DNA of 64,000 nt from Flavobacteriaceae bacterium (GTDB lineage: Bacteria; Bacteroidota; Bacteroidia; Flavobacteriales; Flavobacteriaceae), in contig JAHQVM010000020.1 of assembly GCA_019634365.1 (NCBI GenBank), positions 19,207 to 83,206 on the forward strand, in the 5' to 3' direction. Numbering within the stretch: position 1 is the first letter of the stretch; each line of letters begins with the position of its first letter. The notes beneath the pieces were generated by a model. It had not been told where the DNA came from, made no database searches, and saw only the letters and a list, made by a program, of their open reading frames with translations. Shown here in pieces: positions 51,435-60,512 of this stretch. The position numbers and the translations under genes were made by a program.

Positions 51435-54400
51435 AGGGCTCGTTCTTCTTTTGAGTTTTTTATTGCTTGCCAGCTGCAAAGAAAAGGGTATACTTTTCGA
51501 TTCTTTGGAAGCTGATGAAACAGGGCTTGCGTTCGAAAATACCATCACCGAAACCGACGATCTCAACATCATCGACTACCTCTACTTTTATAATGGGGGC
51601 GGGGTCGCCGTAGGCGACATCAACAACGACGACCTGCCAGATGTTTTCCTTTCCGGAAATCAAGTTTCGAACAAACTGTACCTGAATAAGGGAAATTTTC
51701 AGTTCAAAGACATCACCGATCAGGCCGGTGTTTCTGGAAGCAGCACTTGGAATACAGGGGCCGTCATGGGCGATGTTAATGGAGATGGCCTTTTAGATAT
51801 TTATGTTTGCGCCGTGGTAGGAATCTTGGGATTCGATGGTCACAACGAACTGTTCATCAATAATGGCGATGGCACTTTTACAGAGCGTTCTGCGGAATAT
51901 GGTTTGGATCATGATTCCTACAGCTCGAATGCCGCTTTTTTGGACTACGATCTCGATGGGGATTTGGACATCTATTTACTAAATCATGCCGTACATACAC
52001 AGGAATCCTTTGGCAAGGCCGAATTGCGTTTTAAAAGAAACTACGAAACCGGGGATAAGCTTCTGCGAAATGACGGCGACCACTTTACCGATGTAAGCGA
52101 AGAGGCTGGAATTTTTGGAGGGGTAAACAGTTACGGTTTGGGATTGGCCGTATCAGATTTTAACCAGGATGGATGGCCCGATCTTTATGTGGGGAACGAT
52201 TTTCACGAAGATGATTATTACTACCTCAATAACCAAGACGGAACTTTTTCTGAACAAATGCGCGATTATTTTGGGCACACCTCCCGATTTTCCATGGGGA
52301 ACGATGTAGCCGATATTAATCACGACGGATGGCCCGACCTTATTTCATTGGACATGCTTCCAGAAGATGAAAAAGTATTAAAGGCTTCTGAAGGGGACGA
52401 TAATTTCCAGATTCTTAAGCTTAGAACCGAACAATACGGGTACCACTTTCAATATACCCGCAATATGCTTTTTCTGAATCAGCCGGGTTATGATTATGCC
52501 GAAACGGCTCCCTTGAGTGGAGTTGCAGCTACCGATTGGAGTTGGAGTGCCCTTTTTGCCGATTTTGATCAGGATACGGAACAGGACCTTTTTATCTCTA
52601 ACGGAATAGCCAAGCGTCCCAATGATTTGGATTATATCAAATTCGTATCCAATGAACAGATTCAGAAGAAAATGGAATCGACCCGGCTCATGGACAAGGA
52701 AGCCTTGGAATTGATGCCTTCCGGAAAAGTTCCGAATTATATCTTTAAGGGAATGGGCGATATCACCTTTTCGGACGAATCGGAACGATGGATGAAACAG
52801 GACTCATTGATTTCCGGTGCTTCTGCCCTAGCCGATTTTGATGGCGATGGGGATATGGATATTATCACCCAAAATTTAAACAGTACTCCGATTATCTATA
52901 AAAACAAGACCAACGAAAAGGCTAACTACCTGCAACTGGCATTTACATACACCGACAAAAACAGATTCGGAATCGGAACCAAAGTATTTTTGTATCACAA
53001 TGGGAAACAGCAATACAAAGAACTGTACACCGTTCGGGGATTTCAGGCTTCGTCTGAACCCGTCCTTCATTTTGGATTGGGAACGGCACCTAAAGTAGAT
53101 TCCTTGAAGATTATCTGGCCCAATGGAACTTATCAGACGCTTTCCAATGTTGATGCCAATCAGAAACTCATCGTTGAGATGCAAAAAACCCAACCCTTTG
53201 ATTACGCATCTTTGCTTCCTCCAAACAACAACCTGTTCGAAAAAGTAGAGAACAATTTATACCTCGACTTTGTACACAAAGAAGATTCTTACATCGATTT
53301 TCACCGTGAAAAGTTGATGCCATACCTAGTCTCGGATCGAGGCCCCGCCACAGTCATGGGAGATTTTAATGGTGATGGTAAAAAAGACATTTTCTTTGGA
53401 GGATCCAAATTCGAGCAGGCCCAATTGTACTTGCAATCCGATACATCATTTGTAGCGAGTCCCGTTGCCAGCTTCGAGAACAACAAAATCACAGAGGATG
53501 TGGTGGCTGCTATGGGCGATTTCAATAATGACGCTAAAGATGATATTTTCGTAGGAACAGGAGGAGGCGACTTTTCCAATCAAGCTCCTGCCTTGTTGGA
53601 CCTGTTGTATACACAAACCGATTCCACACTCACAAAAACAGTATTGCCTGAAATATTCGAAAATACGTCCGTAATCGCTCCCTACGATTATGACAGTGAT
53701 GGCGATTTAGATGTATTTGTAGGCAACCAATCTGTCACAGGTAATTTCGGCGCCGTTCCGGAATCTTACTTCCTGAAAAATGAAGCAGGCACATTTCAAA
53801 TCGACCCTGTAAACCCCGCCACAACATTAGGAATGGTCACCGATGCAATTTGGGTAGACCTAAATGGGGATCAGAGCAAGGATCTGGTGGTGATTGGAGA
53901 ATGGATGGCTCCTATTTTTTTTCTGAATGAAAACGGAACCTTGACCCAAAAGAAAATGACTTTTGGAGATCTCCATGGATTGTGGCAAGCCATTACGGCA
54001 TTCGATATGGATGGCGACGGCGATAACGATTTACTCCTTGGAAATTGGGGTGACAACTCGAAATTTAGTGCATCCGATAAGGCACCCATGCGAATGTATG
54101 TGAATGACTTCGATAAAAATGGCCAGACCGAGCCCATTGTATGTACCCAGAAAAATGGGGCGTACTATCCCTTGGAAGATTTTGACGAATTGGCCTCGCA
54201 GATGGTCTTTCTAAAGAAGAAATTTCCCGATCATAAATCCTTTGCAGGGAAATCCATTGAAAAAATATTTGAAAAGGCGGTGTTGGAAGAAAGCCAATTA
54301 CTGGAAGTGCACAACCTTCGATCTGGCTATTTAAGAAATGATGGTGAAAGTTTCGAATTTGTCCCTTTCAACAACACCTTGCAAGTGGCACCTATTCTCT

Positions 54401-54678
54401 CTTTTTGTACTTTTGATTTTGACAACGACGGACAGGAAGAAGTAGTAGCAGCTGGTAATTATTTTGGAGTTAAGCCTTATCACGGAAGATTGGATTCATT
54501 TTCGGGAACGCTAATCAAAAACGAATCGAATATGATTCCAGGGCATTTACTAGGACTGGACCTAGGACAAAAATCGGTTCGTCACATGAATGTCTTTGAA
54601 CACCAAGGTGCAACCTACCTACTGGTGACCTTTAACAATGAAAAAGTACAAGTATACCTAATCAAAAAACCACAATAA
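51427..54678 (+). CDS. FG-GAP/VCBS plus ASPIC-UnbV (CRTAC1-like) lipoprotein 3
   Basis: Lipobox LASC; YNGGGVAVGD, TDWSW and RGFQAS...HFGLG...VDSLKIIWPNG motifs; 8-bp overlap with the previous gene. Confidence 0.9.
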   Translation: MNRGLVLLLSFLLLASCKEKGILFDSLEADETGLAFENTITETDDLNIIDYLYFYNGGGVAVGDINNDDLPDVFLSGNQVSNKLYLNKGNFQFKDITDQAGVSGSSTWNTGAVMGDVNGDGLLDIYVCAVVGILGFDGHNELFINNGDGTFTERSAEYGLDHDSYSSNAAFLDYDLDGDLDIYLLNHAVHTQESFGKAELRFKRNYETGDKLLRNDGDHFTDVSEEAGIFGGVNSYGLGLAVSDFNQDGWPDLYVGNDFHEDDYYYLNNQDGTFSEQMRDYFGHTSRFSMGNDVADINHDGWPDLISLDMLPEDEKVLKASEGDDNFQILKLRTEQYGYHFQYTRNMLFLNQPGYDYAETAPLSGVAATDWSWSALFADFDQDTEQDLFISNGIAKRPNDLDYIKFVSNEQIQKKMESTRLMDKEALELMPSGKVPNYIFKGMGDITFSDESERWMKQDSLISGASALADFDGDGDMDIITQNLNSTPIIYKNKTNEKANYLQLAFTYTDKNRFGIGTKVFLYHNGKQQYKELYTVRGFQASSEPVLHFGLGTAPKVDSLKIIWPNGTYQTLSNVDANQKLIVEMQKTQPFDYASLLPPNNNLFEKVENNLYLDFVHKEDSYIDFHREKLMPYLVSDRGPATVMGDFNGDGKKDIFFGGSKFEQAQLYLQSDTSFVASPVASFENNKITEDVVAAMGDFNNDAKDDIFVGTGGGDFSNQAPALLDLLYTQTDSTLTKTVLPEIFENTSVIAPYDYDSDGDLDVFVGNQSVTGNFGAVPESYFLKNEAGTFQIDPVNPATTLGMVTDAIWVDLNGDQSKDLVVIGEWMAPIFFLNENGTLTQKKMTFGDLHGLWQAITAFDMDGDGDNDLLLGNWGDNSKFSASDKAPMRMYVNDFDKNGQTEPIVCTQKNGAYYPLEDFDELASQMVFLKKKFPDHKSFAGKSIEKIFEKAVLEESQLLEVHNLRSGYLRNDGESFEFVPFNNTLQVAPILSFCTFDFDNDGQEEVVAAGNYFGVKPYHGRLDSFSGTLIKNESNMIPGHLLGLDLGQKSVRHMNVFEHQGATYLLVTFNNEKVQVYLIKKPQ

Positions 54679-54679
54679 C

Positions 54680-56020
54680 ATGCGAAAGATGATGATGCGT
54701 TTCGGAAGTTTTACAGCACTGTGTTTGGCAGTACTTTCCTCTTGTAGTGAACCTCCCCAACCAATTTCGATAAGTCCAGACGATTTTCATAATTCGGTAG
54801 ATCAAGTTACCGAAGTGATGATACACGATATTTTTTCGCCTCCGGTGGCGAGTAGAATTTATGCCTATCCCAACGTAGCGGCTTACGAAATCCTCGCGAG
54901 CCAATCGGAAGAATTCAATTCCTTGGCCGGACAAGTAAGAGATTTTAAAGGCATTCCAACAACATCGGATCTTCAGGTGAATCATGAGTTGGCCGCACTT
55001 ATCGCTCATATGGATGTAAGCAAACGCCTTATCTTTTCAGAAGATAGGATCGAATCCTATCAGGACAGTCTGTATGGTGTTTGGAGCAAAGCCAATGAAG
55101 CCGAGTTCGAAGCTTCCAAAAAATATGGATTGGAAGTCGCCGAACATATCGCTGCTTGGTTGGATGGGGATAATTATAAACAGACCCGTACCATGCCGAA
55201 ATTTACGGTACAGACCGATGATCCATCCCGTTGGCAACCCACACCACCTGCCTATATGGATGGTATCGAACCCCATTGGAACAAGATCCGCCCTTTCCTT
55301 TTAGATTCGGCATCCCAATTTAAACCCTTGCCACCTCCACCCTACTCCATGGATAAAGGCAGCGACTTTTATAAAGAACTGGAAGAGGTATATGCTGTGA
55401 GCCAGGAAATCACCAAAAATGGAGATGATAGCGAAGAGATTCAAATAGCACAATTTTGGGATTGTAATCCCTATGTATCGGTAACCCGTGGCCACTTAAT
55501 GTTCGCTACTAAAAAGATCACCCCAGGAGCCCACTGGATCGGTATTTCCAAAATAGCTTCGCGCAAGGCGGACTACGATGTTATGAATACCGTATACACC
55601 TATACCCATACCTCCATGGCCATAGCTGATGCTTTTATTAGTTGCTGGGACGAAAAATACCGTAGCAATTTAGTACGCCCAGAAACATTGATCAACGAAC
55701 ATATGGATGATAGCTGGCAACCCATTCTACAAACTCCACCATTTCCCGAATATGTAAGCGGTCATTCTGTGGTATCCGGGGCAGCCTCAGAAGTATTAAC
55801 AGGAATCTTTGGCGACAATTTCTCCTTTAACGATAATACTGAGGTGCCCTACGGACTTCCCATTCGGAATTTCAAATCCTTTAGACTTGCCGCAGAAGAA
55901 GCTGCTGTAAGCCGTTTGTATGGCGGTATCCATTACCGTGCTGCCATCGACAATGGCTTGGATCAGGGAAAGGCTTTGGGACAACATTTTCTGAACACCC
56001 TAGAAATGCGAAATAACTAA
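54680..56020 (+). CDS. Vanadium-dependent haloperoxidase (iodoperoxidase-type) lipoprotein
   Basis: Lipobox LSSC; three PAP2/VHPO motifs CWDEK(x6)RP, PPFPEYVSGH and SRLYGGIH; also FWDCNPY. Confidence 0.88.
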   Translation: MRKMMMRFGSFTALCLAVLSSCSEPPQPISISPDDFHNSVDQVTEVMIHDIFSPPVASRIYAYPNVAAYEILASQSEEFNSLAGQVRDFKGIPTTSDLQVNHELAALIAHMDVSKRLIFSEDRIESYQDSLYGVWSKANEAEFEASKKYGLEVAEHIAAWLDGDNYKQTRTMPKFTVQTDDPSRWQPTPPAYMDGIEPHWNKIRPFLLDSASQFKPLPPPPYSMDKGSDFYKELEEVYAVSQEITKNGDDSEEIQIAQFWDCNPYVSVTRGHLMFATKKITPGAHWIGISKIASRKADYDVMNTVYTYTHTSMAIADAFISCWDEKYRSNLVRPETLINEHMDDSWQPILQTPPFPEYVSGHSVVSGAASEVLTGIFGDNFSFNDNTEVPYGLPIRNFKSFRLAAEEAAVSRLYGGIHYRAAIDNGLDQGKALGQHFLNTLEMRNN

Positions 56021-56037
56021 ATCCTGGCGCAGCAATT

Positions 56038-56931
56038 ATGAAGAAAAAGATATTGCTTGCTTTACTCAGTACTGCCGTATTGGTAGTTGGCTGGTACTTA
56101 TTTGTTCGAACCTACGATTATCAGGTGAACTTCACTGCAGAAACCTCTGTGGGAACCGTGAACCAATCCATCAAATCATGGAATTCTTCATTTGATGATC
56201 CGCAACCTATTGTTCAGAATAGATTAGGAGAATTGATCCAGACGATTAAAAATGGTGATACGGTGCGCACCTATGTTTGGAATGTTGAAAACGTGGGGGA
56301 CTCACAGGTAAAAGTAAGTGCTGGTATCATTGATGAAGAAAACAGCCTGAAACATCGCTTGGCCATACCGTTTTCCGATACCGCCTTTGAGCAGGAATCC
56401 AAAGCCAAAGTGCAGGAGTTTTTTCAATTATTGAACAATCACCTCAAAAAAATCAAAGTTACCGTAGAAGGGGAAAGTGAAACCCAAGCCAGTTTTTGTG
56501 CCTACATCCCTATGAAAGGGCTTCAAATAGAAAAAGCTATGGGCATGATGAATACCTACAATGTCTTGACTAACTTCATGATTACCGGGAATATTGAACC
56601 CCGCGGAACTCCGTTTGTTGAAGTCACCCATTGGAATCAGGAAAACGATAGCATTTCCTATAACTTTTGTTTTCCCATTTTTAAGAATGAACAATTGCCT
56701 AATCATCCCGAGATTAAGTATAAAAAGTTCTTCCCTAAAAAGGCATTGAAAGCCGTATACAACGGCAATTACATTACTTCAGATCGCGCTTGGTACGCCT
56801 TACAGGAGTATGCAAATGCCAATAATATCGAGGTAGAACTAACGCCCTTGGAAATATTTTATAACAATCCGAATATGGGCGGGGACGAATTGAATTGGAA
56901 AGCTGAAATCTTCATGCCAATCAAAGAATAA
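56038..56931 (+). CDS. Membrane-anchored GyrI-like small-molecule-binding protein
   Basis: N-terminal TM; C-terminal GyrI-type pattern (KAVYNGNY, AWYAL, LEIFYNNP, WKAEIFMPI). Confidence 0.75.
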   Translation: MKKKILLALLSTAVLVVGWYLFVRTYDYQVNFTAETSVGTVNQSIKSWNSSFDDPQPIVQNRLGELIQTIKNGDTVRTYVWNVENVGDSQVKVSAGIIDEENSLKHRLAIPFSDTAFEQESKAKVQEFFQLLNNHLKKIKVTVEGESETQASFCAYIPMKGLQIEKAMGMMNTYNVLTNFMITGNIEPRGTPFVEVTHWNQENDSISYNFCFPIFKNEQLPNHPEIKYKKFFPKKALKAVYNGNYITSDRAWYALQEYANANNIEVELTPLEIFYNNPNMGGDELNWKAEIFMPIKE

Positions 56932-57001
56932 GACTCCCATTACCCCATAGGCAAACCGTATAATTTTAGTATCTTTCAGTAGAGAAACTTATACATCAAT
57001 T

Positions 57002-59137
57002 ATGACTGCGAAACGTTTAGCCACCCTATTGTTGGCAGCAATGGGGATACTGTTCTTTTCATGCCAATCCGAAACTATAAAAACCCAAGTTACCTCACCC
57101 GATGGCACCCTTACGGCCAGCATAGGGCTTTCCGATACAGGACAACCCTATTATTGGGTAGCTCATAAAGGGACCACTATTATCGATACGTCCTATATGA
57201 GTTTGGAGGTAAAGGATCTTTCTGCTTTTAAAAATGGATTTACCATTACCGCTTCAGAAACATCTACCATGAACGAAGATTGGGAAATGCCTTGGGGAGA
57301 GCAGCGAACGGTAAACAATCACTACAACGAGCTCAAGGTATCCTTGGAAGAAAACACCGTAACACCTAAAAAAATGAACCTCATTTTCAGGGTATATGAT
57401 GATGGATTGGGCTTTCGATATGAATTCCCCGAGCAAGAAGGCATGACAGAAATGCTGATCACAGACGAGAACACTGAATTCAATTTAACAGCTGATCACA
57501 AGGTATGGTGGCAGCCTGGCGATTGGGACATATACGAACACCTGTACAACGAAACATCTTTTTCTAATATAGACGCACTATCCAAGGCCAATCACCCCAA
57601 CCTCATTGCCACCTATATTCCTGAAAATGCAGTCAACACGCCGGTGACCATGAAAACCAATGACGGATTGTATCTCAGTTTTCATGAAGCGGACCTTACC
57701 AATTACGCAGGGATGACCTTGAAAGTGGATCCGGCAAGTCTCAAAATGACCAGTGAATTGGTTGGATCTGAAATATTGGGCGGAAAAGCCAAAGTCTCCT
57801 TACCCTTCGAAACACCGTGGCGTACCATTCAAATTGGTGAAAAGGCCGGGGATCTTATCGAATCGAATCTACTGGTCAACCTAAATGAACCCAACACCAT
57901 TGGGGATGTGAGTTATTTTACACCCATGAAATACATTGGGATTTGGTGGGAAATGCACATTGGCAAATCTACCTGGGATATGGAAGGTAGTCAGGACATG
58001 AACACTTACATTGAAGGTTCCAAAAACTCTGCAAGGCATGGAGCAACTACCGAAAATGCCAAAAAATACATCGATTTTGCCGCCGCCAATGGTATTAAAG
58101 GACTCTTGGTTGAAGGTTGGAATACCGGATGGGATCAATGGATCAATACCGAAGATCGTGAAGGTGTTTTCGATTTTATGACCCCGTACCCAGATTATGA
58201 TTTTGATGAAGTCATGGCTTATGCCAAGGAGAAAGGCGTGGAGGTCATCATGCACCACGAAACATCGGGAGCTCCTCGAACCTACGAAAAACAAATGGAG
58301 GTTGCCTATAATTTTATGAAGGAAAACGGCATGAATTCTGTAAAAACGGGATATGTTGGAAAGATCATCCCTAAAGGCGAATACCACCATGGACAATGGA
58401 TGGTAAATCATTATGAAAAGGTGCTCAAAGATGCCGCTGCCAAGAAGATTGCTATCAATGCGCATGAACCTATTAAAGCCACTGGAAAGCGTCGCACCTA
58501 TCCCAATGCGATAGCGCGGGAAGGACTCCGCGGACAGGAATTCAACGCTTGGGCCACCGATGGCGGAAACCCACCCAATCATCTCCCTACCATAGCTTTT
58601 ACACGTATGTTGGGAGGCCCGATCGACTTTACACCCGGTGTTTTCAACATTAAATTCAACGAATACAAAGAAGAAAACCAGATCAATACAACCTTGGCCC
58701 ATCAATTGGCCTTGTATGTGGTTATATATAGCCCACTGCAAATGGCCTGCGATTTACCAGAACACTATACTTTGGATGGACAAACCCATCCCGCATTTCA
58801 ATTTATAGCCGATGTGGGCGTAGATTGGGAGCAATCGATGGTATTGGATGGTGAAATAGGTGATTTTGTGGTCATGGCACGCGAAGAAAAAGCATCCGGA
58901 AACTGGTTTGTTGGAGGAATCACTAACGAAGAGGCGAGAACACAATCCTTGGATTTCAGTTTCTTGCCCCAAGGAAAAACATTCAAAGCGACCCTGTACA
59001 AAGATGCTCCCGATGCCCACTGGGACAACAATCCAGAGGCTTATGAAATTAGCACTATGGAAGTAGATTCCACAACCAACATGACTATCGAAATGGCTGC
59101 TGGTGGCGGATTTGCAATGAGTATAATGGCACCATAA
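57002..59137 (+). CDS. GH97 alpha-glucosidase, SusB-like inverting subgroup, lipoprotein
   Basis: GFRYEF, EGWN, MHHET, KTGYVG (Gly, not the Asp of retaining enzymes), AHE, RGQE and GPIDFTPG motifs. Confidence 0.92.
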   Translation: MTAKRLATLLLAAMGILFFSCQSETIKTQVTSPDGTLTASIGLSDTGQPYYWVAHKGTTIIDTSYMSLEVKDLSAFKNGFTITASETSTMNEDWEMPWGEQRTVNNHYNELKVSLEENTVTPKKMNLIFRVYDDGLGFRYEFPEQEGMTEMLITDENTEFNLTADHKVWWQPGDWDIYEHLYNETSFSNIDALSKANHPNLIATYIPENAVNTPVTMKTNDGLYLSFHEADLTNYAGMTLKVDPASLKMTSELVGSEILGGKAKVSLPFETPWRTIQIGEKAGDLIESNLLVNLNEPNTIGDVSYFTPMKYIGIWWEMHIGKSTWDMEGSQDMNTYIEGSKNSARHGATTENAKKYIDFAAANGIKGLLVEGWNTGWDQWINTEDREGVFDFMTPYPDYDFDEVMAYAKEKGVEVIMHHETSGAPRTYEKQMEVAYNFMKENGMNSVKTGYVGKIIPKGEYHHGQWMVNHYEKVLKDAAAKKIAINAHEPIKATGKRRTYPNAIAREGLRGQEFNAWATDGGNPPNHLPTIAFTRMLGGPIDFTPGVFNIKFNEYKEENQINTTLAHQLALYVVIYSPLQMACDLPEHYTLDGQTHPAFQFIADVGVDWEQSMVLDGEIGDFVVMAREEKASGNWFVGGITNEEARTQSLDFSFLPQGKTFKATLYKDAPDAHWDNNPEAYEISTMEVDSTTNMTIEMAAGGGFAMSIMAP

Positions 59138-59138
59138 T

Positions 59139-60323
59139 ATGGCAAAAGGGTTCCCTGCATTATACGAGAATGCTGTTGCTCTGCTCGAGAATTTATGCAC
59201 TTCAGAGGGCATACTGGCCAGTACCATAGAAGCAGACAATTACAAACGCGTTTGGGCCAGGGACAGTATTGTTTGTGGCATGGCAGGATTGCAAATTGGC
59301 AATCCCATTTTAATAGAAGGCTTAAAGAACTCCTTGCTCACCCTTGCCAATCATCAGAATGAGTTGGGCATGATCCCTTCCAACGTGCTTCCCAGTGCAA
59401 ATGATGTCTCCTTCGGAAGTTTGGTAGGGCGTATCGATGCCAATACGTGGTTTGTTTTGGGGAGTTGCGCCTACTTTATGAAGACCAACGATTTGACTAC
59501 ATGGGAACTCTTAAAACCCAAAGTGGAAAAATGCCGAACCTATCTCAAAGCAGCCGAATTCAATAACAAAGGATGGTTGTACACACCCCTAAGTGGAAAT
59601 TGGGCCGATGAATATCCCATCCATGGGTATACTCTTTACGATAATATGATTCGAATTTGGGGGGAAGATTACTGGAATCGATTGGAAGGAAATCAGTCAT
59701 TCAACCATGAAAAAACCTTTCAGAATTTTTGGCCTCATGATCATAACGATCCGTCTATGATCTATCAGAAAAGTGCTTTTCAAAAATTGAATTTTGAGGA
59801 GATTAATCACTACATCGCCTTTATACTTCCCGGGAAATATGACTTGCGCTTCGACGCTGCGGGAAATGCCTTAGCACTGCTTCAAAAATCTTTAAATGAG
59901 CAACAGAAAGAAAAGCTCAGGGCATTTTTGAAGGGGCTCACTCAGGAAATCGGAAAACCATTGATTCCCGCTTTCTGGCCCATTATTTCAGAAGAAAGTG
60001 AAGACTGGAACCTTTTGGAAGGCAATTATTCCTTCGATTTCAAAAATTATTCGGGGGCCTTTCACAACGGAGGAATTTGGCCGGTATGGATGGGATTATT
60101 TTGTTGGGGATTGGCCGAAAATGGGATGCACATGGAAGCATCGCAAATCATTAATGCTTTTACTGAATTAGTGGATGCGAATCCGGATTGGGATTTTCAG
60201 GAATTCATACACGGAAAAACTTTGGAGTTGGGCGGTAAGACAAAAATGGGATATACGGCTTCCGGAATTGTGTTTATGCATTTGGCATTAAGAATGCGAC
60301 AAAGTTTTGGCAATAGAATGTAA
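59139..60323 (+). CDS. GH100-like (alkaline/neutral invertase-related) cytoplasmic glycosidase
   Basis: NYKRVWARD, GRIDANTWF, FHNGGIWP and FQEF resemble the GH100 motifs NYxxVFxRD, xxDSGLWW, YHNGGSWP and WPEY; no signal peptide. Confidence 0.7.
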   Translation: MAKGFPALYENAVALLENLCTSEGILASTIEADNYKRVWARDSIVCGMAGLQIGNPILIEGLKNSLLTLANHQNELGMIPSNVLPSANDVSFGSLVGRIDANTWFVLGSCAYFMKTNDLTTWELLKPKVEKCRTYLKAAEFNNKGWLYTPLSGNWADEYPIHGYTLYDNMIRIWGEDYWNRLEGNQSFNHEKTFQNFWPHDHNDPSMIYQKSAFQKLNFEEINHYIAFILPGKYDLRFDAAGNALALLQKSLNEQQKEKLRAFLKGLTQEIGKPLIPAFWPIISEESEDWNLLEGNYSFDFKNYSGAFHNGGIWPVWMGLFCWGLAENGMHMEASQIINAFTELVDANPDWDFQEFIHGKTLELGGKTKMGYTASGIVFMHLALRMRQSFGNRM

Positions 60324-60347
60324 GAATTATTGAAAATTATCCAAAAT

Positions 60348-60361
60348 CGATAACGATTTCG
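60348..60361. promoter_or_regulatory. Second putative LacI operator
   Basis: CGATAACGATTTCG, 12/14 identical to the 39269 palindrome with the same AAAAT 5' flank; upstream of the MFS-MFS-trehalase genes. Confidence 0.55.
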
Positions 60362-60512
60362 TTACGAAATTCGCTGATTATTTATACATCCCGTGATATT
60401 TTCTCAAAAAATACAGATATTAGAATAATAGTGGGGCGTTCCGTGGCTTTTTGAGTTTTTATCGGAAACCAGGAAATCGACTTCAGCTACTAACCGTTCA
60501 AGACCAAAAATT

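Noticed and set aside
44784-54678. Recurrent GAYGGNGAY-like DNA repeats as a possible array
   Set aside because: They encode FG-GAP Ca-binding blades; there is no CRISPR-like repeat-spacer structure and no cas gene anywhere in the window.
57881-58741. 286-aa minus-strand ORF
   Set aside because: Lies wholly antisense to the well-conserved GH97 gene with no recognisable motifs; a shadow ORF. The same applies to 8181..8726, 17322..17741, 25795..26214 and the other short nested ORFs.
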